From assembly GCA_951406725.2 (NCBI GenBank), contig OX597817.1:106454001-106518000 (forward strand): a stretch of DNA of 64,000 nt. The letters run 5' to 3'. A model generated the notes under the pieces. The model was given only the letters and a program-made list of their open reading frames with translations, did not search any database and had not been told where the DNA came from. Shown in pieces: positions 39,135 to 51,834 of this stretch. A program made the translations under genes and the position numbers. Source of the DNA: Octopus vulgaris (lineage: Eukaryota). Each line of letters opens with the position of its first letter. Within the stretch, counting starts at the first letter, position 1.

Positions 39135-40085
39135 CTTAGTTTTAGGACCTCCTGCATTGGGCAGCGAGGCTTCTCCAACGGGGTCGGTCGGCCGTTGCAT
39201 TTCAGCTTCATCCTATGAAATGTCAATAGCTTTGAGATCATCGATGAAGGTGAAGTGCCAAGTCACTTTTGGTCGCCCTTGTTTTCTCCTGCCACGTGGT
39301 GGCTCCCACAGAATGGTGGTTTTCGCATGCCGCAACGATGGTAATCGGGGGACATGACCTGCGAATCGCATGCAGCGCTCAGTGACAACGTCATGGAGAG
39401 AACGGGTATAAGTTCGGCGATGTATTTCACCATTGGTGATGTGGTCCTGGTATGATATTCGCAGTATTCGCCGGAGGCATCGTAGCTGAAATACATTGAG
39501 CCTTCGCGCGATCTTTGCTGATGTCTTCCACGTTTCCGCCGCATATATTGCCGATGGTATGACGATGCTGTTGAACAGGCGCACTTTGGTCATGGTGGAG
39601 ATCGCCCTGCCTGCCTAGATGGGTTTAAGTCTTTTGAAACACAGCTGAGGCAGGCAACGTCGCGTTCGGCGTTTCGTCGTTGGCAACGACGCTGCTCAAA
39701 TAGATGGACTCATCAACTTCCTCGATTTGGTGTTGTCCAATCATCAAGGAGACGCCATTGTTGTTCCCATCGACATACCCAATGCTCATGATCTTCGTCT
39801 TGTTAGCACATATGCAGAGTTCGATCTTCGCCGCCTCCCGTTCTAATCTCTCTGTCATTGTGCGAATAACATTCTTCGTCACTCCGAAAAGCGCGATGTC
39901 ATCCGCGAAGTCGAGGTCAGTCAGACGCCCCGACCAACATCATGGAATCCCAAATCCGCGTTAGCACATCGTCCCGCGCATGGCGAAGTTGATCGCCATA
40001 AAAAACAGGAGTGGGGATACAATGCACCCTCGCCATACACCGGTCCCAATAGCTAAGTAGTCCGTGTAGTCCATCTCCGTTCGAA
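39135..40085 (-). mobile_element. 5'-truncated RTE-type LINE, GC/CpG-rich
   Basis: TGVWRGCIVSPLLF, LTDLDFADDIAL, KTKIM, TKVRLFNSIVIP..YAAETW, FQLRCLRRILRI and GRRKQGRPKVTW. Confidence 0.88.
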
Positions 40086-40246
40086 ATATATATATGTGTA
40101 TGTGTGTGTGTGTATGTATATAAGTGTATATATATATATGTGTATGTGTATATATATATATCTGTATATATGTGTATATATATATGTATATATGTTATGT
40201 ATATATGTTATGTATGTGTATATATATGTATATATACATATATAGT

Positions 40247-40890
40247 ACAAATAGGGGTTGGACAAAATAATGGAAACACCTAGCATCATAAGCATCATAC
40301 TTTTGAAATATCTATAAGACCGTCAAAAGCTTGTTTATTTTTATGTTATATCATTTATTATTAGTGATGCTTAATATGTTTTGCTAAAATTGCTGTTTCT
40401 TTTCAGATATCATCAGTAAAAGGTATCCAAAATTCATTAAAATGACAGATCTATCGGACTTTCAATGAGGTCAAATTGTTGATGTTCGTATGGCAGGCGC
40501 TAGCGTAATGAAAACAGCCGAAATGCTTCGTGTATCAAGAAGTACTGTCTCGAAAGCAATCATGCCTTTGAGAAAGAGGGAAAAATCTCCTCGTCGAAAC
40601 AAAACTACGGAAGAAAACCAAAACTTGCAGATAGGTACCGTCGGAATTGTTAGAAAGGATGACAAAAGTACAGCTCCCAAAATTACTGCAGAGCTTAATG
40701 GCCACTACGAGAACCCAGTTTCCACAAAAAAAAACTACGCCGGGAGCTGCACAAAGCCGGATTTCACGGGAGGGCTGCAATCGGAAAACCACTTCTTTCA
40801 AAAGCAAGTGTTTAGAGTGGAGTAAAAACCTACAGAATTGTCCCTAGAGCAGTGGAAGAATGTTATTTTCTTGGACGAGTTATCTTCTCT
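40247..40890 (+). mobile_element. Tc1-family DNA transposon, left TIR plus N-terminal transposase relic
   Basis: TIR-like AGGGGTTGGACAAAATAATGGAAACACCT. MTDLSDFQ*GQIVDVRMAGASVMKTAEMLRVSRSTVSK (paired-like HTH) from 40442; WKNVIFLDE first catalytic D. Confidence 0.85.
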
Positions 40891-41099
40891 TCAGGGAAGA
40901 AATGAAACTCGTCAATAAGACATTTTAACAGAAAACGATGGATATATATAGTGGTTTACTGAACGCTATTAATATTGTTTGAAAAAACGTTATATGACAT
41001 AACGTCAGAAAGAGGAGGGATATTTTTTTAGTGAATGCTTAATATAAAAAAAAATTAATGTTTAAATTATATATAATGATAGAGATTAGTTATATGAAC

Positions 41100-41560
41100 T
41101 AAGGGTGTGTTTTTGCCAATGTTTACATCGGTATGCAAGCTCTATAACCGTGTTTACTAGGGGATTTTGAGAAAAAATAAGGAAAAATAGTTCAGAGAAT
41201 TACAGAGTAGACAGAATTCCTTGCCTTTGTCATAAGGTATCGAGATTGAGAGAATCAACCATTCTAAATTAAATTGTTCATTGTGGTCTTTTAGATCCCA
41301 AATTAATTTACTGAGCCCTGTACTGTTACGTTTATTCCTATCCCTAAATGTTGAGTAATGGTTAGAAATTCTTTTAGATAACTGTAACGACGTGCTTCCA
41401 ATGTAAAATCGTACTTTATTATGAGTATTGATTATACACTGGTATATAGAATTTTTAATTTTAGAGTTACTTGACATAAACTTAATTCTGTTGGAATTGA
41501 CTTCAGATACAATAACCTTGTTATTAATATTTCTAGAGGGATGGATGGTATTAGCTAAAT
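41100..41560 (-). mobile_element. Penelope-like element GIY-YIG endonuclease fragment
   Basis: SIYQCII...FYIGSTSLQLSKRISNHYSTF...STGLSKLIWDLK...CLLC, the PLE GIY-YIG signature. Confidence 0.85.
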
Positions 41561-41681
41561 TAATGTTAGTATTAGTAAATGTATTTAATATTTAATAGGT
41601 TGTTATTATGTGAAAAGATAATTTGTAAGATATTTTTGGTGTTGGAAAAACCAATCCTAACCGTATATGAGTTGATAATAG

Positions 41682-41889
<208 letters not shown>

Positions 41890-41933
41890 AAAAATACCTT
41901 AGGAATGAGAACCCCGGTTCGAAATTTCCCCAA

Positions 41934-41979
41934 GACACCTGATGAAGGCTGAAGGGTATATCAGGCGAAACTTTGTGTT
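41934..41979 (+). ncRNA. Degenerate minimal type I hammerhead ribozyme motif
   Basis: GACAC-CTGATGA-A-GGCTGA(loop)TCAGGC-GAAAC-TTT-GTGTT. Core boxes, stem I and most of stem II are present; one G-G mismatch in stem II and no G of the GUH site. Confidence 0.5.
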
Positions 41980-44029
41980 AACAACAAACAAGATGAGGAC
42001 AAATATCTGTCAAATGTAAATAATGTACTGTCAAAAAAAATCCTACAGATCCACAATCCTGGCCTGGCACTTTAGCTGTTGACCCCCAAAAGAGTGAAAG
42101 GTTTAGTTGAACTCGGCTGACTCTAAACTCATAGCACAGGAACAAATACTCGACGCTCCAACAACTTCTGCTAATGCGTATTATGATGATATATATATAT
42201 ATTTGTGTCAATCCGATGGAGAAGACTTATAACCGAAAGCTTTGCAGCCTTGACCATTCAGTCTATTTTTAGGCATCATATATCTAATTCTACATTTTCT
42301 AATTTAGTGATGGACATCATCTTTCTTTTAAAGATGTAATTCAAGAGAAAATCTTGCTGCTATTTCGAGCAGTTTGAAGGACCACACAAAAGCTGCCTTT
42401 GTTTCTTGGTACATAAATGTTCTTCTTTCCTTCCCCTCACCCCCCGAATTGGAGATTTCGTGACCTTTATAAGATTCGGTTGTATGGTATGTGTGGAATC
42501 TCAGTGATAGGATGGATGTATTTTGAGCTGTGCCTTCTGAGAAAATAGATCTAGTTCTCTGGACTTATTTTTGTTGTTGTTGTTTACATGTAGGCCAGTC
42601 TTGATCGAACAGACCTAAGATCAAAGACATACCAATTGAGAAAATGCTGTCTTATTTTCACGCCTTTATTATCCAAGACGTTCTTTTTTCCTATTTCCTT
42701 CATTCATTTTTTTTTTAGTCTACAGGATACGGTTTGAAGAAGATTTAGATGTTATTTCTAATAGGTCTAACGAACATGTTGAGGGCTCGTTCAATCGTTC
42801 CCTCGTTGGTTCTATTTTCTTTGGGAGTGCAGCTTGGTTTCCTAGGATACAGACTAATGAGAAAAAGTTGTGAAATTTTATTATGATGAATCCCTGTGAG
42901 CGTTAAGCAAGGGTGGAGGATTGGGACGTAAAGCTATTAGATAAAAGTACATTGTGAATAAGCGTACGAGTATTGTTTTAATGTTGTGTTTAACCCTAAG
43001 TCAAACTTAATTACGCAGATCTATCAAAGGTGTTCAAGCCTTAATCATGCCTGACGCTTTTTGTTTAAGGTATAATTCAATCATATCCAAGACTGTATTT
43101 TTCTGGATACAGACGTCTCCACTTTTAAAGACGGTATGGTGTGATTTGAAAGATTTAGTTGCTATTTCTAGCAAGGTAAACGGCCATGTTGAGCAGTCTC
43201 TTTCTTCCCGACATGTTTCTTGGGCGCGTGTATAGACATGTTTAACCCTGATTATTTAGACCAAGATGAACGAATACCAATGAGAAAGTTTACACCTGTG
43301 CAGTGCACGGAAAAGACATGATAATGTAAGTTGTTATCATTCGACACGCTCTGATATCGCAGCCAGATCGCCCTCAAATCTCACCCACCTATTTATAAAA
43401 TAATGAACATATTTGATAATGTAATGCAGGATAATGCCTGAAAATAAATGGGATGGTCACAGTTGGATGCCTTTGATCGTAAGCCTGTTCGATCAGGGCT
43501 GACTTGGTGCTGAATAACATCAGACAATTTTGTCTTTTTTTTTTAAAAAAGTAAGCCTCCCATACTGGATCTGGTTTTACCGAATCCATAGTAAATGTTT
43601 TGTGTGTGTGTAAACTGGTGTGTTCACTCCTTTAATCAACTAAGTTTCCCGTTTAATGTCTTTAAAACTGATCATAGGATTCACCTTGTAATATCATTAC
43701 AAACCAGGGAAAGGTAAAGCAATAAATAGGTCTAACATCACTTTCACCGAAGGGCAGGTTGACTTACAAATATACGTGAGAGAGAGAGAGAGAGAGAGTT
43801 AGTGTATGCGTGAGTATGTGTATGTTCTGTATAAGTGTGTATGAATATGTGTGTGCACTGTATAAGCGTGTGTGTATGTATGTGTATGCTGTGCATGATA
43901 TTAAGTAAGTAGAAAGGTAGGTAAGTAAATAGGGAGGAATGAAAGTGGTGGGTAGGTAGGTAGGTTATAAGCAGGCAGGCAAGTAGGTAGAGTGGGGAAG
44001 CAGATAGATGGATAGATTCTACACTAGTG

Positions 44030-44442
44030 TATATGTATGCATGTGTGTATAGATATATTGTATGTGTGTGTGTGTATTGTATATATATATATATGTGTAT
44101 GTGTGTATATATATATATATATTGTGTATGTATATATATATATATATATATTGTGTATGTATATATATATATTGTATACTGTGTGTATATATATATATAT
44201 ATATATATTGTATACTGAGTGTATATATATAAATAAATATATATATATATATATATATACATATATATATTGTATACTGTGTGTGTGTATATATATATAT
44301 ATAGTATACTGTGTATCTGTGTATATGTATATATATATATTGTATACTGTGTGTGTGTATATATATATTGTATATTGTGTATATGTATATATATTGTATA
44401 CTGTGTGTGTGTATATATATATATATTGTATACTGTGTATAC

Positions 44443-44478
<36 letters not shown>

Positions 44479-44811
44479 TACTGTGTATATGTATATATAT
44501 ATATATTGTATACTGTGTATATGTATATATATATATTGTATACTGTGTATATGTATATATATATATTGTATACTGTGTGTGTGTGTATATATATATTGTA
44601 TACTGTGTATATGTATATATATATTGTATACTGTGTATATGTATATATATATATTGTATACTGTGTATATGTATATATATATATATATATATAGTATACT
44701 GTGTGTATATATATTGTATAGTGTGTATATGTATATATATATATATATTGTATACTGTGTGTGTATATATATATTGTATACTGTGTGTGTGTATATATAT
44801 ATATTGCATAC

Positions 44812-44842
<31 letters not shown>

Positions 44843-44851
44843 TGTATACTG

Positions 44852-44893
<42 letters not shown>

Positions 44894-45176
44894 ATACTGT
44901 GTGTATATATATATTGTATAGTGTGTATATATATATTGTATACTGTGTGTATACATATATATTGTATAGTGTTTATATATATATATTGTATAGTGTTTAT
45001 ATATATATATTGTATAGTGTTATATATATATATATTGTATATTGTGTATATATATATATTGTATATGTTTGTATATTGTGTATATAAATATTGTATATAG
45101 TGTATATATATATATATTGTGTATAAAAAGTATGTATATATAGTGTGTGTATATATATATACTGTATATATATATA

Positions 45177-45227
<51 letters not shown>

Positions 45228-45245
45228 CGGCCTTCCCCGTTTTTA

Positions 45246-45280
<35 letters not shown>
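44030..45280. repeat. Large compound minisatellite, unit ATTGTATACTGTGT(RT/AT)n
   Basis: Dozens of copies of TTGTATACTGTGT separated by variable AT runs; explains the 526-aa and other spurious ORFs. Confidence 0.95.
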
Positions 45281-45283
<3 letters not shown>

Positions 45284-45582
45284 TGAGGTGGTTCTCTGAG
45301 AAAATAAACTGCTATGAGAGTCATTCATTACATTTTTGAGTTTCTTATTTCATGCTAATCCATTGAATTAGAAACCATAATATATTTTAGAAAATAAAAT
45401 ACATATCTATGAATCCACTATGGTTCTTCCAGCATAGATTTTTTTATGAGCTCTACTTCCATCAACTATCTTAAAATTGAAACGATTTCACAAATCTTCC
45501 AAAAAAACTGTATATTTTTTCATCACTCCAAACTATAACTTCCTCGGTAATTTCTAGCAGTTCCTCAAACGAAATCATATAT

Positions 45583-45709
45583 ATAGGGAAGGCTGGATTA
45601 CGGGATTACCTTAGGTTTTCCGTCCATAGAGGGTTTAGCTTTACGCCATAAATCTAAATCCCCTATGGACGGGAAACCTAAGGTAGTCCCATAAACCCGC
45701 CTTCCCTAT
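45583..45709. repeat. 127-bp imperfect palindrome (hairpin MITE-like)
   Basis: Arms ATAGGGAAGG... and ...CCTTCCCTAT align at about 49/56 positions around a short centre. Confidence 0.85.
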
Positions 45710-45772
45710 TTTTAATATATACTGCTCTACATTTTAGTATGTGCTTCTTCTTTCTGATGTATGTCTTCTAAA

Positions 45773-45810
<38 letters not shown>

Positions 45811-46259
45811 TGTGTGTGTATTATATATTGGCAGTATGTACCGAGCATAACACTTTGAATAAAAGTACTTTTCATTAAATTAATCTTTCTCGAAATGTTG
45901 GAAGCTTTATATATTTCATCGCTAAGGTTGTATTAATGAAAAATGATTATAAAAGTGAGAACAGGAAAATATAAGAAACTAAGAACGGACAGGAAATGTG
46001 GAAAATAAAATGGCAATTTACATCAATGAGTATCTAATTCTACAGATTTACAGCAACAAGCTAAAAGGGGTAAGAGTCAAAGAAATTTATTCTGAACAGA
46101 ATTCTGTCTAAATAGTTGCCTGCTGCCTTTACTACTTTTTCAACAAGCCAAGTTGATGCTTTCCCTCTGCTAGAAAGACTTGCCAAACAAGGAGGTAACT
46201 GTATCACCCAAAACCGTCCCAACTGCAACGCTAAGAAACTGAACAGATTCGCGAAAATC

Positions 46260-46473
46260 CTCTCTGATTGGCCAATCGCCACATTCCTACCGTATCTGTC
46301 TTGGAATTATTTGGCAGAAAAAATACACGTAAACTCTGTTGTCAGCTTTCAGTTCGCTCTTCTTCTACACGGATCGGGCAGCTCTTGTTTGCAGTAGAAA
46401 AGTTCTCTTTTTTCTATTCTAGCCTTATCGGTCTTTTGTATTTTCTCTACTTTTCTCACAATAACCAACAACC
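46260..46473 (+). promoter_or_regulatory. Candidate promoter/5' UTR of the muscle tropomyosin isoform
   Basis: Palindromic double CCAAT box GATTGGCCAATC (46266-46277), MCAT/TEAD-type ACATTCC (46281-46287) and Inr-like TCAGTT (46349-46354), about 120 nt upstream of the ATG. Confidence 0.55.
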
Positions 46474-46587
46474 ATGGATGCCATCAAAAAGAAGATGTTG
46501 GCCATGAAGATGGAGAGGGAGCTTGCCACTGATAAGGCAGAACAAACCGATCAAAAATTACGGGATACAGAGGATAACAAGAACAAG
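46474..46587 (+). CDS. Tm: Tropomyosin, muscle-type coding exon 1 (aa 1-38, [38 protein letters not shown])
   Basis: ACC-ATG-G start context, the invariant tropomyosin N-terminus MDAIKKKM, and exactly 38 codons ending at an AAG|GTAAAA donor (the conserved tropomyosin exon 1 boundary). From memory the sequence matches cephalopod tropomyosin. Confidence 0.97.
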
Positions 46588-46992
46588 GTAAAATTGATAT
46601 CGTTCATCTTGTCTCTTGTGTCTGTGTAGTCACCTGTTCGTCTCTCCAGTCCTTCTGTAATCAAACTATTTTATTATCTTTGTCCCCCAATCTTTCAAAA
46701 TGGCGTCCCAATGATTATAATAAGTCTTTGAAAATAACTTCTGTGAGTTTGTGACATTTATACCTTTGAGAGAAAGAAAAGCGTAAAATAATCTTAAATC
46801 GGCTGACATTCGAATGTAAAAGAAAGTAAAATAATCGGAAACTTCATTCCTTTGGGCCGATAATCCTCATTGCAGTCCTCTACGTATTAATGTTTAATGA
46901 AAGATACATTTCACAAAATTAAAATTGATATTTGATATACAAGTGTGTGTGTGTATGAATGCATATAGCTATATACATACATACATACATAC

Positions 46993-47024
<32 letters not shown>

Positions 47025-47107
47025 TTATACATACATATATATATGTAAATGTGTACATATACATATATGTATGCACTTGTGTGTATACATATGTATATAT
47101 GTATATA

Positions 47108-47149
<42 letters not shown>

Positions 47150-47496
47150 AGAGAGAGAGAGATCTAATAAATGTTAATTACAATCACAATCACAGTTTTG
47201 TTACTTTCTTGTATTCACAAATATATCAGTACGTCGATAAATATATCCCTTTTTCCTTTTCTTTTTTGTCTCTGAAAGAAATTTGGTTTTATGTCTCATA
47301 ATTCATGATGCATTGTCTTTTTCTCTTTCATTAAGATCACTGATATGATATTTCAAAGTCTAAAGAATGTTTAGAACAATTTAACTATTTATGAATTTTA
47401 TGAATTTTCAAATGCGCATGTTTTAAAAACAGCCTCGTAAATTCTTTGGTTTATTCTTTGCCCCTTTGACTAATTCCTTTCTTTTCTTGCAAACAG

Positions 47497-47622
47497 TTAG
47501 AAGAGGACCTTACTACTCTCCAGAAGAAGTTTTCCAATTTGGAAAATGACTTCGATAACGCAAAAGAACAACTTGCTGAAGCAAACCAGAAGCTTGAGAC
47601 TTCCGAGAAGCGTGTCGGCGAG
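47497..47622 (+). CDS. Tm: Tropomyosin coding exon 2 (aa 39-80, [42 protein letters not shown])
   Basis: Branch-like TGACTAAT, polypyrimidine tract and CAG acceptor; 126 nt = 42 codons of coiled-coil heptads; GAG|GTAAGT donor, phase 0. Confidence 0.96.
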
Positions 47623-50391
47623 GTAAGTTAGCTGACATATTATGTTTAAACTTAACACTTAACGCATCTTAAAACTTTTTTCTTCCACTGATTGATCAAC
47701 CTATATTTTTGTCATTGACGTTTAGACTGAATGAATGCTCAAATATGAAACTGATTCAATTGAATAAATCTTATAAAGGAATATATTTTAAGTCTGAAGG
47801 CTATAGTAAAATATTTATCGATTCAAATCCACTTTTGCAATCCTCTTCGCATCTGAAGTATGCAACATCAAAAAGATCTCGTTTTAAGCAAAGTTCTTTT
47901 CTTCTGTGAAATTCGTGAAGTACTACTCCATGGCTGGCAACTGTTTTTCAAAATGCTCAATTATATTGTCATGGTTTTGGTTTTGCTAGATTTGTATTGA
48001 AGTCATTTTGATTACAGTGTAGCACCAAACGGCATGTATTTGACCGGCGTTCAAACGGTGTATGTACAGATGTTCTGTTACCATGGAATAAGACAAAAAA
48101 AAATCATTTTATTACTTTTCTATTACTTGCGTTTATACAATTTTCGAACATTAGCGCCAGAAATACTTACTCGTCTAATGGAGGTTTGACAGTTCATCTT
48201 CCATTAGTTTTGCATAATTTCTCTCCATACCTAACGTTATGTGCTAGAACTTGACTTCCACACAAACTCATACTTAATCAGAAATGTATGAGATGGGGAA
48301 GAGTCTCAAAGAAAGTAATTAAATTTAGGCAACGAAGATTTCATTATTCAGTAACGCAGTCATCAAACGACTTCTTAATTTACATAGTTCATACTGAATG
48401 TTCATTTGTCTACACCAATGGTTATGCTCATTACCTACAAGCAACCAAGACAATTCAACATTTTGCCGTGTGTGTGTGCGTGTGTGTGATTTATCTGCTG
48501 TTTCATTTATTCCTTGTGCAATGCAAGTAATCAAATGTTCCACTGATACTAAAGAAACTTCATTTTTTTTAATGTAATCTACATAAAGAAAAATTGTTTT
48601 GCCCTTTTTTGGTTCTTATTTTTTCTCTCTTTTTCGAAAGTCTAATGTAATTCCAACTGGCTTTTTTTCGAGATTAAAAATAAAGACAGGCATCGATAAT
48701 GACTCTAAAGGAACCATTATTAACAATTCTTTTTGAAAAATAACTTGCTACTGACATTCAGTATTTCTTTAGCTTTTAGACTTCAAGTTTAAAAACTGTT
48801 ATTTTCTGATAGCTGATTTATGAAATTCGATAAGATGTATCGCAATTACATCAATGATAATTGAAATTAAACAGAAACAAAACCAATGATTGATAGGAAT
48901 TCTAAAAAGAATGCAAAGGATATTATTAGATGATGATCGTGATAGTTATAGTCATCATCACCATCACCATTTTCTTTGACCGCTATGCTATTTATAGCGG
49001 GATGAATCTCTCTACATAACTCTTAATCACCATATATATAACCTCAAAATTTTAGTGGCTTTATAAACTTCCATTTTATTGTTTTACTATGAAACATCTT
49101 TTGCTGTCGTTCCCTTTGCAAATGAAAACTATTACCTAGAAAGCATTAAAAGTAAATTTTTAGCTAGTAGATAAGCAGGTCCCACTCTCTCCCTCTCGAA
49201 TGTGAGAGATAGATTACAGTAAAACGAAGTTTGTTTAAATGAACCATGAAGTTAATATGGTTGTTCGTTGGTTAGCAAAAAGTCAGCCATGTTCGAACAG
49301 ACTTCTGATCAATGAACATTCTGTCTTTGTTCATCCCGTCTTTTTTACGTATAGTCTTCATTATTCAATATGCTATTTTTTTCTATAATACGATAAGATG
49401 TGCTTTGAAGAAAATTTAGGTACTATTCTTAACAGGTCGAGAGACCATGTGAAGACTCACTCCTTCGTTGGATCCTTCTCTGAAAATGGTTAACAGAGCT
49501 ACTACATTAGAGTTACGTGAATCTTGAGTTTAAAGTTTCCGAAGATCAACAATCTTCATTTTTTAATGTTCCCATGTTTCATACAGAATTTAGGATTTTG
49601 AAAAACTTACTTTTTCCTCGCTAAAAATTTCAGGTTTTTTTTCTTTTTTGCTCCCCACTTCCGTCCTTTTCCTTTCTTCATGGAGTGTGCGACTTCGAGG
49701 AGACGGCTATTCTAAAACTTCATCATCAACTTATAAAATTCTGGTTGGCAAAAATGTCAAGCTGTTTGGTAGATTTGGGGGAACCTTATTCTAGAATTCT
49801 TATATTGGCTTTTCACTTATGATGTTCACTGGTGTATATAAATGCTAATTTTATGCTTAAAATCTACATTAATTTTATTCGCTTTGTATTATGAACAAAA
49901 TATTGCTAATCTAATGGAATGCTTCAAATTGAAGTTCTTTGGTATGAATCTGACATGGGAGAATACGTGTAATTAGGGGGAAATTGGCGTCTCGGGATAT
50001 GCTGTGGCCACAATTGACGGAGTCGTAGGAACGCCGTCGTGACATACGGCTTGTCTTGTGTATTTTAAATCTAGCGGACCTAAGTCTTCTTCAAGACTTA
50101 GACACATTCGATTTCTTCCGAGAAGAACGAGAAAAATCAAGCTCTACTGAACTATTATTGGACTGGTACTTTTATTGATCGATCCCGAATGGATTCAAAT
50201 ACTTCGACAGCATTTGAACGCACACTCACACACATCACGATACTCCACTGTTGCCCGCATTATGACAACACTTCAGGTGACAACAAAAATTAATAGCAGC
50301 TTGCGGAACCAGCAGCTTCGGCTAAAGAAATACACACTACCGCTTATTGAGTACTCTACCTCCGCCCCGTTAGCAAACCATATATATACAT

Positions 50392-50438
<47 letters not shown>

Positions 50439-50989
50439 ATGAAATATCTTCTAAGTGTTCAAAAAGTTAAATGTATGAAGTAGACGCTTGTTGGTAAGGA
50501 GCATAATAAGAATGTAGTTCCTCCAAAGCTTTCTTCGATGAATACTGTTTTCCCTCTGATACTGTGTCGGTTTCCCTTATTTAGTAATAGCAGTTCATGT
50601 GTATAATTATTACTACAGCACTGGTTAATATCAGTGAGGCACGCATATATAACTAACTCTCTTCAAAAACTCATTTCTGAAATAATAATAAATAAAAAAG
50701 TTAACGGAAAACAGCTGAAAAATATTTTGGCCGCAACTAACTATACGCAACTCTCACCTCTCTCTGTAATTCAGTATTTGTTGGCCTGCCTGTCTTCCTC
50801 ACCTCCTTTCCATTTTGTGTGTGTGTGTGTATGTGTGTGTGTGTGCGTGTGTGTGCGCGCGCGCTATTCCAAAAGCGTTAGCAAATGTGAGACAGTTGCG
50901 AGCGGAAATTGAAATCTCTAAAAACGTTAATCTATTCCGTGTGTGCGAGCGTACGTGTACTCTTTCAAAAGTGTTAACAGTTTATATGA

Positions 50990-51032
<43 letters not shown>

Positions 51033-51448
51033 GTGTGTATATATAAATTTGTCTACACACACGCAGGGTGTGTATATGTGTGAGTGCATATGAGGGTGTG
51101 ACTAAATTCTATAGAAAAAAACACTTCTTACTTTTTCAAACTTGCACAATTTAAAAACTTTAATTTAGTTTTCATTTCTAAACAACAACCAACTGTGTTT
51201 TATAACTCTTCATTAATTGAGAATAAAAACTGTAAAAAGTCTAGAGAACAACTATTATTTGTTACTATGCCTCAAAGTTCAACTTTTAGTTGTGTTTTCT
51301 TAGTTTTATAGTGATTTTTTTGTGTTAATATACTTTCATGACCATCTATGGCCAATGTGGGTAGAGACAAGTGATCCGGAGAGAGGAGGACGACGGCATC
51401 GGGAGGACGTGCGTGATTCATTGCCGCTATGGTAGAGGGAGGTTTTCA

Positions 51449-51489
51449 TGACGTCATAGCACCATATATGGAATGCTACGCATGGAATG
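51449..51489. promoter_or_regulatory. CRE + CArG + tandem MCAT motif cluster
   Basis: TGACGTCA (51449-51456), perfect CArG box CCATATATGG (51462-51471) and GGAATG twice (51470-51475, 51484-51489) within 41 bp of a CpG-rich patch. Confidence 0.6.
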
Positions 51490-51834
51490 CTGCCAGCAAC
51501 AAAACGCCAAGAACAGAATCCATATTGAGGCTTTGTCATCCACTGCCGTTCGTCCCTCTGTTAGCCGAAATTCTCCTTAAAGTTTCTCTTTAAAAAAAAA
51601 ACTGGATACCACAAAAAGTAAACTAAACAAGTGACTCAATTTTTATTAACAATTTTACATACATAATTATATACGTAATTAACATGAGATACATAGATTT
51701 AATGAAATATATGTAGTCATACACACATCTCTATAGAAAAAAAAATATCTACGTATAAATATTTATACAGTTGCGCGTATGTGTGTGTGCGAATAGATTC
51801 ACTTGTTGAGTAAGTGGTCTGTGGCAGACAGTTT

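Noticed and set aside
42205-42250. CCGATGGAG...CCGAAAGCTT hammerhead look-alike
   Set aside because: Core box is not CTGANGA and there is no convincing stem II.
43744-45324. 526-aa ORF and the many YI/HT/VC-rich ORFs (e.g. 819-1809, 34128-34516, 36133-37131, 55908-56264)
   Set aside because: Translations of TA/TG/CA microsatellites that lack stop codons by chance; no coding signal.
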